Shown: one piece after another, positions 14,201-27,589 of the stretch | Layout: each line of letters starts with the position of its first letter | How positions within the stretch are numbered: position 1 is the stretch's first letter | Source of the DNA: Camelus dromedarius | Lineage: Eukaryota | Reading direction: 5' to 3' | Assembly (NCBI RefSeq): GCF_036321535.1 | Contig: NC_087436.1 | Coordinates: 27,592,001 to 27,656,000 of the forward strand | DNA length: 64,000 nt | Translations under genes and position numbers: made by a program | Notes under the pieces: model-generated | Databases searched by the model: none | Told to the model about the DNA's origin: nothing | Seen by the model: only the letters and a program-made list of their open reading frames with translations

Positions 14201-14429
14201 TATATTTGTTTACTATAGAAAATACGCTGTCACGTTGCCCATTTGTGAGATAAGAGAACCAAAATGTTAATTTTTCTGCCCCTAATAAATGACACAGCTG
14301 CATTCCATGGTATGCTTTTAAAATTCTCAGTATTTCCATACTTAAGTGGTGTTTAGAAAATGTATTATGCAGAAACGTCTGCAGCTACTGATTCTGAGAG
14401 AGAGATGGACAGAATTTCAGTCTCATCTC

Positions 14430-14595
14430 AAGAAAGAAGAGGAAGAAAGGAATAAGATGGAGGAGGGTAAGATGATGAAATGAAATGTGAGGAAAAGGAA
14501 GTAGAGATGAGAAAAAAGAGGGAAAAACAAGGAAAAGGAAGAGGGGAAGAGGAAGGGGGAAGAGACAGAAGAGAGTTGAAAAGGTAAATGAAAAC
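14430..14595. repeat. GA-rich low-complexity polypurine tract
   Basis: Largely A/G over ~160 bp. Confidence 0.7.
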
Positions 14596-15717
14596 CAGTC
14601 ATTTTTAAAATGATATGTTTTTAGTATTAACTCAGAAGCCAATGGAAACCAACTGAGAAGACATCAATGACCTACTTACAATTCTCTTGTTAATGAAATA
14701 ATTTAAGAAGAGGCAATATAACATCACTACTGAAACCAAGGGCTTTGAAGTTTTAAATCTATTGGCCATGGGAAGGTTACTTATATTTATTGTAATTCAG
14801 TTTCTCTATCTTAATAATTGGGATGATAAGATTTGCTCTACTGTTACTGTGAAAAGGAATTGACAAAATTGACCATATAGTGTGGTAATCAGTACATAGT
14901 AAGTGCCTCGATATAAACAGGAAAAAAATTAGCAAGAATATCTACAAACATCTATGTTAAAATCAGACATAGTATACTAGAGAAAAAAAGCAAGTGGGAG
15001 TTGAAAAAGTATTAATTTTAGCACCAACTCTGTTACAATCTCAGTGTTTTTTTAAAACTATTCTGAGTCATTTAAGAAATCAGTTTAGATATCTGTAAGT
15101 GGATGGGATATTTTCATAATTTAAAACCATTATTTTAATTCTCATTTCATAAATAGCCATATTTACCACCAAAGTATAAAAATAGATAAATGCATTATTA
15201 ATATTCTGGGTACCATTCTTTCTAACTTAAAATTAATATGATTTTTTTATCTATCTTATATTCTATTTGTTTTTTCACTCTCAACTGATAGTCTTATTCC
15301 ATTATATTGAATTAGATGAACTCAAAGCCAGAATTATATTAAATCTGTTTTTGAATTTATTGATTAGGTAATCTAGGACAAATTAACTTTCCATGCATCA
15401 ATTTCTTTATTTCTAAATGATAGCATATACTCTGATTATATAAAAATTATATGTATTAGAATAGTAGCTGGACTATAGTAACTACAGGGTAAACATTTGC
15501 TTTTATACTTAGTTGTTACTGCTGTTGCTGAAGTCTGTACTGCTGCTAATTGGTGAAGATGATGAAAATAGTCATTGAGTAGAGTTAGAGAAGCTGGCAT
15601 TTTAAGAAATGGATTAAAATTTGAGCTATCTTCATTTGTAGCTTGGAGTTTTTAGAACAGAATGGCAAGTCAATAGTTAGAATATACAGTAATAAAAAGC
15701 AAATGGTAATAAAAAGC

Positions 15718-18368
15718 AAACTCTTCCAAAAGATTGAAGAGAATACTCCCAAACTCATCTATAAAGTCACAATCACCCTGATAACAAAGCCAGACAAATA
15801 CACAACCAAAAAAGAAAACTATAAGCCAATATCACTGATGAACATAGATGCAAAAATCCTCAACAAAATACCAGCAAACAGAATCCAACAACACATAAAA
15901 AAGATTATACACCATGACCAAATTGGATTCATCCCAGGGACTCAAGGATGGTTCAACACATGCAAATCAATCAATGTGATACAGCAAATCAACAAGAGAA
16001 AGGACAAAAACAACATGATCATCTCAATAGATGCAGAAAAAGTACTTGATAAAATTCAACAGTCATTTATGATAAAAACTCTAACCAAAGTGGGTACAAA
16101 GGGAACAGATCTCAACGTAACAAAAGCTCTTTACGACAAACCTACAGCCAGCACAATACTCAACAGTGAAAACTTGAAGGCCTTCCCACTAAAATCCAGA
16201 ACAAGACAAGGATTCCCACTCTCACATTTCTATTCAATATACTATTGGAAGTCCTAGCCATAAAAATTAGACAAGAAAAAGAAATGAAAGGGATCCAAAT
16301 TGGAAGAAAACATGCAAAATTGTCACTATATGTGGATGACATGATATTATACAGAAACCCCTAAAGGCTCCACACAAAAACTACTAGAGCTGATAAAATG
16401 ATTTGGCAAGGTAGCAGGATACAAGATTAACATACAGAAATCAGTGGCATTTCTTTATACTAACAATGAAATATCAGAAAAGGAAAGTAAATGAACAATT
16501 CCTTTTAAAATTGCATCAAAAAAAAAGTACTTAGGAATAAATCTGACCAAGAAAGTGAAAGGCTTATACACAGAGAACTAAAAAACACTGATTAAGGAAA
16601 TAAAAGATGATTTAAAGAAATGGAAAGATATCCCATGTTCTTCAATTGAAAGAATACTGTAAAAATGGCCATACTACCCAAAACAACCTACAGATTTAAT
16701 ATGATCCCTATCAAATTACCCAGGAAATTTTTCACAGAAATAGAACAAATAATCTTAAAAGTTATATGGAATTGGAAAAGACCCAGAATTGCTGAAGCAC
16801 TATTGAAGAAAAAGAATGAAGCTGGAGGAATAACCCTCCCAGACTTCAGACAATACTACAGAGCTACAGCAATCAAAACAGCATGGTACTGATACAAAAA
16901 CAGACATATGGATCAATGGAACAGAATAGAGAGCCCAGAAATAAGCCCACAAACTTTTGGTCAATTAATCTTTAACAAAGGAGGCAAAAACATACAATAG
17001 AGTAAAGACAGTCTCTTTAGCAAATAGTGCTGGGGAAACTGGACAGCTGCATGTAAATCAATGAAGCTAGAATTGATTTACACAATATACAAAATAAACT
17101 TAAAATGACTTAAAGACTTAAACATAAGACAAGACTCTATAAACCTCTTAAAAGAAAACATAGGCATAACATCATCTGACAAACTTTAGCAATGTTCTAG
17201 GGCAGTCTACCTAAGCAATAGAAATAGAAGTAAAAATAAACAAATGGGACCTAATTAAACTTATAAGATTTTGCACAGCAGAGGAAACCATAAACAAAAC
17301 AAAAAGAAAACCTATGGAATGGGAGAAAATATTTGCAAATGATGAGACTGGCAAGGGCTTAATTTCCAGAATATATAAACACCTTATACAACTTAAGAAA
17401 AAAAGCAAACAACCCAATCCAAAAATGGGCAGAAGACCTAAACAAACAATTCTCCAATACAGACATAAAAATAGCCAATAGGCATATGAAAAAATGCTCA
17501 ATATCACTAATTATCAGAGAAATGCAGATCAAAACTACAACGAAATTATCACCTCACACCAGTCAGAATGGCCATCATTCAAAAGTCCACTAATGATAAA
17601 TGCTGGAGAAGGTGTGGAGAAAAGGGAACCCTCCTACATTGTTGGTGGGAATGTAGTTGGTGCAGTCATTATGGAAAACAGTACGGAGATTCCTCAAAAG
17701 ACTAAAAATAGATTTACCATATGATCCAGCAATTCCACTTCTGGGCATGTATCTAGAGGGAACCTTAATTCAAAAAGATACCTGCACCCCAATGTTCACA
17801 GCAGTACTATTTACAATAGGCAAGACATGGAAACAACCTAAATGTCCATTGACAGATGACTGGATAAAGAAGCTATGGTATATTCATACAATGGAATACT
17901 ATTCAGCCATAATAAATAATAAACTAATGCCATTTGCAGCAACATGGATGGACCTGGAGATTGTCATTCTAAGTGAAGTAAGCCAGAAAGAGAAAGAAAA
18001 ATATCATATGATATCACTTATATGTGGAACCTAAAAAAAAAAAAAAAAAGACAAAAGAACTTATTTACAAAACAGAAACAGACTCACAGACATAGAAAAC
18101 AAACTTACGGTTACCAGAAGAGGAAGGGGTGGGAAGAGATAAATTGGGACTATGAGATTTGCAAATACTAACTAATATATATAAAATAGATAAACAACAA
18201 GTTTATACTGTATAGCACAGAGAACTCTACCCAATATCTTATAGTAACCGATAATGAAAAATACAAAAATGAATATATGTATGTATAAGTATGACTGAAA
18301 CATTATGCTGTACACCAGAAATTGACACAACATTGTAAACTGACTATACTTCAATTAAAAAAAAAAAA
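15718..18368 (+). mobile_element. LINE-1, 5'-truncated ~2.65 kb (RT domain to poly(A)); pseudogenised ORF2
   Basis: ORF 15643-16257 has [21 protein letters not shown]...[10 protein letters not shown]...ISIDAEK. RT YVDD motif at 16329-16340. C-terminal ORF at 17657-18034. Several stops and frameshifts, and a poly(A) tail. Confidence 0.97.
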
Positions 18369-18369
18369 C

Positions 18370-18530
18370 ACACGGATGCTGGAACTGTTCACATCTGGAT
18401 TCCAATTCTGACTCCACCCTCCTAAATGTGATTCCTGGATTTTACTTAACTTTTCTGAGCATATTCCATTTGTGTAAAATGAGCATAGTCTTACACATTT
18501 TTTGTGAAGTTTAAAGGACATCTAACAATT
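18370..18530 (+). mobile_element. MIR SINE fragment
   Basis: CTGGATTCCAATTCTGACTCCACC...TTACTTAACTTTTCTGAGC...TGTAAAATGAG resembles the MIR core. Confidence 0.6.
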
Positions 18531-18589
18531 CATCATTTCAATTTTCATTCTCAAAAAATTATTTCTTTCTGATTACACACTCATAAGGT

Positions 18590-19500
18590 CCTGATTCTGA
18601 TGCTGGAAACAATTATGAAGCTGGGAAATCTATGAAGCAATGAATTCCATGAATTGGAAATCTGACAGTGCAGGTCTATGGTTCTTGAGAAAATGGAAAT
18701 GCAGGTGAATTCCACATTCACTTTAGCCTTCTACCTAGAACAATTTCCAAATTCAGCAAAGGCAAATGGTGCCCAGAGAACAGGGTTCTTGCTGGGCAGA
18801 AGACACAGAAATTAGAGGTTGGGGCTGCTGAGATGGTAGAAATTTATAGTGCAGGAGACCAGAAATGAGAGAGCTGCTCAGAGAAGTAGAAACTGATAGG
18901 ATCTTCCTTAGTTGTTAAGCAAATACTACCCTGTGCATCCAAAGCACTAAACTCTGAAGGCTTTTTCTTTTTCTCTTTTTTTCCTTCTTTTCTCTATTCT
19001 CAAATAACAGCTCCTGGGAGCTGTGAAATGAACAGATTGTAAAGGTTGTGCAGTGTTGAAGTCATTAAAGTGGAGGAAACCTTGCCAAACACTCAGGCAT
19101 CCTCTTGAATCTCTGCAAAAGCCATGCTTTCAGAACAGGGCTATTTGAGTCTACAATTATGGACGACTCCAAACAAAGTCTAAACTCGTGTCCTGGCAGG
19201 ACAAAGCTGAGCTACCAGTAAATTAACTCTTGCCAGAACAAAACTCTACACTCTTTAAAGGAAAACAACATAATACAGACACTCAACAATCAGCCGTCTA
19301 CAATATCCAGCCTCTGATGAAATAAACATAGACATATGAGGAAGCATGTAAATGGATTCATTACCTGGATAAAATGTGTACACAGAAACTAACCCAGAGA
19401 TAACTCAGAAATTATCAGTATCAGGTAAAAACAGTAAAACAACTAGTCCTAATATAAAAGTAAACAGAATAAATTAACTGATGATGAAATCTCAGGTAAA
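18590..19500 (+). mobile_element. Ancient L1M 5' UTR/ORF1-start region
   Basis: AAATTAACTCTTGCCAGAACAAAACTCTACACTCTTTAAAGGAA...AGACATATGAGGAAGCA resembles L1MC/L1MD 5' ends. Confidence 0.5.
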
Positions 19501-22500
19501 CAAACTATAAAATACAGGACAGGAAAAAATCTGTAATGATTATACACTCAGAGATATTCTATAAAAGATGGAAAACTAGAGTACATAATAGAGTGACCAT
19601 AACTATGAAAGACTTTAATGGTATATTCTATTTCATGGTGACTTTGAAAAAATTAGAATTTTTAAAAAGTAGAGAATGCAAGGTTCTTGGAGGAATTTAC
19701 ATTACTTTAAACACTTGAAGGTTTACTAGCAATAAAAACAGAGACTTCATCAAAGCATGAATTCTAATGGTTATAAGATGTACCATTTTTTTTAAAGTCA
19801 TCTTTCATTTCACATTTAAGTATTTTATTTATATTTTGATACACCGATACATTAATAAATATAACTGAGATGCTCATCTTTGAAAATATGACTTTATTAC
19901 TTTAATGACTATTTATTGATGAAAAATGGTTCATTTTGATGGCAATTTCTTAGTTATTAGGATTTACCTATTTAGGATTCACTAATCTTTCCAGCTTAAT
20001 AGTTCTCAACTTCCAAAATTCAGCTGAACTATATGAACCCTGAACATATTTAATAATAAGTTATTTAAAAATGAAGATGGTCTTCCTTTCGATGACAAAA
20101 CCTTAATCTAGAATATTGATCAAAAAAAATGGAACCCTTTGGGTCACATGGGTAAACCCAAATTCTTTGTTTTATGCATAAAGTGAACAGATGTTTTTCT
20201 TGGTCCATGTCTCAAAACACATATTCTGAATCTTTCTTAATCTAAACCTGGTAACACTGCATCTCAATTCCAAAAATGACCTAAACTTTGTGTGGTCAGT
20301 TGTAGTAACCCTAATATTTCCCAAACACCTTGCCATAAGCTCATTCTGTGCTTACTCATAAATCCAAAGTCTCAACTAGATGCTCTGCTCTTTGATACTG
20401 TTAGGAGAAAATAAGTAAAAATAATACTTTATTTTCTTTGATTGGCATTACCTGTTTTCAACTACAAATGGAAATTTTGTAAGTTGTCACATCCAGGTAA
20501 CCTCATATATCTAAAAATGTTTAATGAATTATTTGATACCTAGAACACACTGACTTTAGAAAAATATGACATATTTCTGAATGTAATAGAAAATATAATA
20601 CTTGTAAAGGTGTACAATTCAAAGTCAGAGCAAGGCTGATTCAATCTATTATCAGTAGTTTGATGAAAAGTCATCTTTGTTACTGTTACTATTTTTTATC
20701 CAAAGCAAGAGGAACATCAGTATCCTTGTTTTTCCTGATGAAGTCTGGATTTTTTCCAGCAGGCTCATTACTTCATAAATCACAGTGAGTAGGAGAAGGT
20801 TACCCATTCACACTAGCAAGATGCTTCTTCAATATAAAGCCTTTTCATCAACCTTTTCCTTTACAAGTTTTATATAATACTCTTTTATTTCTGGAAGTGA
20901 TGAAAAGATTGATAAATGTTCAAAATACATTAATTAGATGTCAAAAATACATTTAAAATTTATAAGCATACCACTCATATCATTCTAGTTTTATTTTATA
21001 GCAAATTAGAATTATATTTCTCATTTGATTTAAAAATAAATTAGTTGTAGTGTTATCTTCTAAAATTTAGCCTAATAAATAATGACATTTTCTATGCTAA
21101 TAGATAAATTGAGGCATGATCTTTACAAATACGTTTGTATTATCCCATGAAGTTAAATATGACAAATGTCAACAATGTTTAATGGGCAAGTTTTACTCAA
21201 CATTAATCTTTGGTGCTTCTGCTGAATCATTTTACCAGTTCAAAGTCGGATGTGAGTATTTTTCCTTGCTAGAAGTTAATCATAAAATAAAGGATATTCT
21301 AGACAAATCTGTTTAACAAGCAAAGTAATGATAGCCAGAAGAAATGTAAACACTTACTCCATACTTCTTTATTGACTGTGTAATTTTTATGATTAAGTCA
21401 TAAAATACAGATATTAAAACAACTGTGAAACTGATCTTCCAAGTGCGGAATAGTTTCTGTGGTTTGAGTAGTCACCCAATTGATAGTTGTAGCTTATTTT
21501 CATCCATAAAATGTAAATGCTTATACTAATTTAGATGAGTTGCAAAACAAATATTAAAACTTGAAACAGTTTGCAAACCAAAATAGAAACTTACCCAGAA
21601 ATGTGTGCACACAGAAGTGTAATATTAGATGCATAAAATTCTACAAAATCCAGATTGATTAAGATTTATTTTAAATCTGGATGAGGAAACATACTTAATC
21701 ATACATTTAGCCTACTACAGAACTTTCATATACCCTACAGGATCAGTGAGCAGTAAAATGTCATCTCAGTGTCTCCTAAATGGTTGTACAAAAATATTTC
21801 CCCTTAGGATAGTTTGATCTTAAAAATCTTAGTAGAAATACAGAAACTAAAATTATAGATTTTATTACTAAGTAGTGATTGAGGGAAAAAGGTATAATCT
21901 TAAAACTTGTACATGCTTTACTCACTTAAGGTATATTTACTTTATTAATAAAATGGATTTGAAATCTACCTCATATAATCTTATAGCAGAAATACATGTC
22001 ATTTAAGGGGTTTTGTTTCACTTCTCAAGCAAGATAACCTCACAATCACAAACGTACGTCTTTACAATGCATAAGTTACATTTCAGCTCTACAGCTGGAA
22101 ATTTGAGAACATCCAGATTTATTTTACTCTCCAGGACAGTGAGGGTTGGGCTAAATAAACATTAAGTTTAAATGTTAAAAAAAGTCAAGAATGTTTTTCT
22201 TCATATTCTCTTAAACTACAAGAAATCTGTCTACATTCAAAGGAAGTAAAAATACAAACATAAAAGTCTTCCTAGACTCTAATAAATTTGACAAAAGTTA
22301 AAAATGTTTTAGATACTAGTAGTTGTTACAGAAAGCAGAATGTTTCACCTACATCATGAAAGTGTATGATAAAAAAAGTGTATGACAAGCAGTAATAACA
22401 TATATTAGAGAAAAAACTGAAAGTTTATATTTAAATAAATCCAAAGCCACAATTCCTCTGTGCCAGAACTATCTTAATCTATTTATTTATTTATTTATTT

Positions 22501-24619
22501 ATTTTTATTTAACTTCGATAATAGGACATTTTCATTTAACAGAAGATTCCTTTCTTAACAAGAGGACAGAGATCTCAGGTATTTGGAAATTAAAACAATT
22601 TTAACTCTTGAGAAGCAGAGAAAAAGAGAGAGATGGAACACCGAGCAACGTGGGCATTAGATGCAGCATAACTGCTATTTACACAAGGAACTATACAGAT
22701 AATTTGTTTTGCTTGATTAGCAATGACTGTAAAGGTCAAGCTCCTTCCCAGCTTATCGCAGAGAATTAATCCAGGATGCAGTATAACTGTCTGTGGTACT
22801 AGCTGTGCAGAAAGTTAAGGATCAAGATTTCCGAGGTGCTGAAGTTCAGGTCAGGTAATACCTATCCGAGCATGTAGCAAAACAAAACCTCCTAGACTGG
22901 CTGAGATTCAATAAGTACATATGAAAATAAAGAAGATTAAAAGAAAGGGGGCTTGTGCTCTTTCTATACCAGAACAATATACTGACATTAAAAGGATGTG
23001 GGGAGGAGAACTCTAGAGAAAGGAATTGCTGACGGAGGATATGGTTGAGCTAAAGGTTCTAAATGATCTTCCAGTTCACACAATAGACAGAAATGGAACT
23101 ATAATAATAGTCGCTTTTAAGATAAAATCAGAGTCGTTTTGGTGGGGATCTGGTAATAATAGATTATGCCATCTGCTCAGAACGAATATTTTAAAGTGGA
23201 AAGTTCTAAAAGTGGTGAAAGGGCAACAGACTGGGACCATGTCAGGAACTAAAGGCAAGCGATCAACCAAAGTACACACTGATAGGCGAGTTTCTGTGAG
23301 ACAAGTGGAGAAGGAAATACATGCTTTGTTGGGTATGAAGTAATACTGAGAACTTGTAATAAATCATATTTATAAGTTAATCAGAAAAATCAATAAACAT
23401 GTAACAGAATATGCTATTATTATATTTAATTAATGAATTCTATGATATTTATCAGTTTTGTGCCAATGTTTCTGTCTGGGTATTAAGCAAGAGATTAGCT
23501 CACCTGAGATTTCGCTCTCAAAAGACTTCACAATTAAGGAACATAAAGTAAATGAACTTTGGTTGACTATTTGTCTCACGGAATCTTTATTAACAAGAGT
23601 TACTGAGGAAGACAAAACACCATCAGAGGTTTTATGTAAACAGTGGTAACCAAACTATGTCTTACCTAAGACTTGAACAGAGAAGAACTTCACAAAACGT
23701 TCTTAGCTGGAAGTATTTCTGGTGTTACTTAAGCAAGACTTTCAAGCCATATGGTCCTAAGAGATAGAAAGCTTAATGGTAGGACTTGTAGGGCTTTGTT
23801 AACTAAGTGTTGAAGGTAAGTGATAATCATTAAGATGTAATTCAGCAAAGTATTTATCTCAGTAGCAGGATTTTTTTTTTTTTAATCTTGAGACCCATGG
23901 GACAAACTTCAGGCAGTCCACAATATTATGAAATGGTGTAAGGAAAAAATGAGTGAATAAGTGTGGAGTTAAGTTTCTTAGCTGTCATCAGATAGATACT
24001 CAACAGGATGTGCAACCTAAAATAGTTAAGATTCCTTGTTCTCTAGGAGAATTGTAGCTATTGGTAGGCATAGATTCCTCAGGGAATAGCAAGCCTTACC
24101 CAGTAATACTATCATACGTCCCATGGATCTGTGTACTCAGTTGAGGCACTCAGACTTTACAAAACTCCTCTCAAAGTTCAAAACTAAAAGTATACAGAGC
24201 ATTACGTGACAATCCAAAAATGTAGTTGAGATAGATCTAACATGTGAACAATCTTTGTTAACTGAGATAAAGTAAAACACCTAACCAAATGTCTAGTGCA
24301 TAGAAGTTACTAAATACATGTTTATTAAATCTACTTTTTCTCCCCAGTCAACATCATCTTTTTCTTGTACACTGAGATAAACAGGAGCATTTTATAGAAT
24401 TTTATATTCATGGCATATATAGTTTAATAATTATTCTCCTTAATAGACTAGATAATTCAACTATTACAGAATAACACAACCAAATATCTGACTTTAAGGA
24501 AGTTTTTGATCATGTGGATAATTTTCCAAGATTTACTCATTCAAAAGATTAGTTTAATAGATGAAAGCATGACACTGAATGAATCATGGTTCAAATCTAG
24601 AATTATAAAGTGGGGAGAA

Positions 24620-25230
24620 AAAAGAAACCTGACATGTTCTGACTAAAGAAAAAAGACAGTACGGATATAGAGAACACAGGAGTGTGGAGGGAAATAAAGT
24701 TACAGCAGTGAGCGGACTCCATATCATTTAGGGGTTTTCAGGCTGAAATATAATTATATTTTTCTACCTGTCATGGAAAATCATTGGTAGGTTTCAAGCA
24801 GAATGGCACATGTGTAATTTACATTTAAAAAGGTACTCTGTTTACCTTAAGAAGAGTAAACTATAGGGGACAGGAGAGAAAGCACAGAGACTAGATTGTT
24901 GTAAGGCTTCATGTAATTGTGCAGATAATTTGGGCAAGTAGATGGCAGTGGAAATAAACAAAGGACACGTTTGAAATGAATTTAGAAATAGAGCCAACAA
25001 GTATAGCACATTAACTGAAGGTAGAAGGTACAGGATATCTGCTGTGAGCAATTTAGTATACGATGATGCCAAGTACTCGTATGGGGACAACTAAGGGAGA
25101 ATACCTCGTCAGGGGAAAATCAGGACTTATCATCAGACCTGTTAAGTTTTAAAAGTCTGGTAGATGTCTAGATGAAGATGTCAAGTACTCAGTTAAGTAT
25201 ATGAGTCTAGAATTCAGTGGAGAGAAGAGT
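24620..25230 (-). mobile_element. LINE-2 relic
   Basis: Reverse L2 body, e.g. GGAAAATCATTGGTAGGTTTCAAGCAGAA and GAGTCTAGAATTCAGTGGAGAG. Confidence 0.6.
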
Positions 25231-27589
25231 ATTCGAATGTATCTTTTAGCACTGGGGTTGGGTGGAGGATTAGAGAGAAATCTATTTTTTGCAGAGGAAA
25301 CATTTCCAAAGACAAGAAGGTGAAGGTCTGCATTTCATCCTTTTAAATGAGGAAGAGAATCAATAACTAGAATAGCTGGAAATTACTTGAAAGAATGTAG
25401 TCATGTATATATCTACATATAAAATAGAGACATTTGAGGAAGAGGTGGTATTTATATTATTATTATAATTATGTACATAAAAATCAGAATTTTAAAATAA
25501 TATCTTCACGTTTAGTTATATTCCTAACATTCAAATCTCTCCGCACAAGCACAGGGTTCAACTGAATTTGTAGACATATCAATACATATTTATATATTTG
25601 TATATAATAAATAGACTAAGAGAACATTTTAAATGTGTATTAATTTTATGGCCTCTATCGATGCCACATCAGTGTCTTAAGATGTAAGATAGATATCGTA
25701 TTTCACCAAATCTGTTTATTATTATTTTGATGTAAAGTGTTAGTCCTAAAAAAGGTTACATATTCACATAAAGCATGCATTTTTCTAATTCTTAATCTAA
25801 ATTATCTTCTGGCTACAAGCACTGAAAACTTATTATCCTTCATCACAATAATTCTCAAGTATCTAATACACATTAGCTAAACACAATTTCAGTGGCATTA
25901 GCAAACAATTTAGACACCAATTTCCTTTTTATGTGATTCCCTCTAGGTTGCAATTAGCACTGAGTCTAGAAAAAAGATAAAGTTTATCCTCAAAGAAAGG
26001 TCCACCTACCCCACCATGGCAGCTTCGTGACCTGAGTTAGTGAGCCGCAAAATGAGAAGGCTTCAAAGAACCACAAAAGATTGGGGTACAAAAAAGGTTC
26101 TACAGATGTGGAGGGAAAAACAGCATGAGGGACTCCGGAGGTGACCCTCACATTAGCTACAGATGGTGCCACACAGAGCATTTAATTGATCAGGGATAGA
26201 GAGTAGAACTGGAACAATGCAAAGAAAATACCTGCTAAGAAAACTAGAGAGAAAAGCAAAATGAAGTATCTCAGGAAAGGCTCTACTACTATTGGCCGAC
26301 AAAGTAAATTGAGAGCACTTTTTTACATTGCATATGATCATAATGCAGAGGGGAAAAAAAAGATGAAAAAGAAAAGTTGTATAACTGGCAACGTTAACAG
26401 CCATCTTGTCCAAGGAGAGAATATAAAGAGATCATAAATGTAGAGTGATATTTAGCTCTATTCTTTCCTACCTTTTAAATTATTTTTTATTTTGAGTTCT
26501 GCATCTTCTGGAGATAACTATGATGGCTGAGGATATCAATTCTATGGTTAGCTGATTAGAAAGCATAACAAAGTCAATTTTCAATGGAAGTTAAAGGATA
26601 CTGTTAGTTCTCAAAAAAAAAAATCATCTGTCAAAATTTGATAACAAAGATCAAATGCCACTCATTTGTAATAAAAAAGCAGGGAAAACAAGATTAAAAA
26701 AAGGAATCCTAATAAAGTGAGGACTCTACTGAGGGAAAAATGTTATGAATAGATCAGCACAATTTTTAAAAAAAGGTAGGTAAGATACAGTGAAATATAA
26801 TGTAAAACAATACATTTTAAAAGTCTTTAAAGGGCAAGTATCTTAATATATTACAGACATATGATGATGGTGAGATTCCCATGTACACTTGGCCTCTGAT
26901 TTTGTTATTGATGGCTAAATATATTTTGGGGATCAGCATTTTATAGCTGCCTGTAGTTATTGTGGTATTGATATTTATAAATCTTGAAAATACTGACAGT
27001 ACTGTCAGTGAACTACATCTGAGAAGAGTGGTGACTAGGAAATTAGAGTTATGGTAATAAACTTGAGATTAATAATTTGTATTAATTTATATACCCAAAA
27101 TTGAGCAAAATACTGGCTCAATGTGAACACAATGTAAATATTTTAAATGATTTAATGAATGGAATAAGTTACTTCACTATCTTCACATTTGAATCCTAAA
27201 GAGATACCACAGATATAAAGTAATTAATATGCATACAAACTGCACTTTGCACTTATATGCTGTCAGTAATTATGAGAGCTTGAGTTCACAAAACTGCTTT
27301 TTTTTGCACTGCAGAGGTTCACCTTGTAACCACCACCACTTAGCCCATTCCAATTTTCTTGTGAAATTAGACATAAAGTAAGTACATGTAAAATTAGCCT
27401 AAATACATCATAATAATCCTGAAAGATCTTTTTTTTTTTTTAATAATACTGGCAATTTGAGGATAAAATGCCAATGAACTGATTACAACTTTAGGGTATC
27501 TTTGCAAAAAAATGAAAGATATAAAGGAAATAGTCTGATTTTTCTCATTCCAGTCTCTTTGTATGATATCTTTAACTTTATGAAGCTTT

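Noticed and set aside
15643..18034. Reverse transcriptase ORFs as a novel RT system or functional gene
   Set aside because: Ordinary L1 ORF2 fragments, 5'-truncated, with stops and frameshifts.
21648..21682. Short hairpins (9-bp arms here; 8-bp arms near 51064, 52770 and 55234)
   Set aside because: Arm lengths are within chance expectation for AT-rich DNA.
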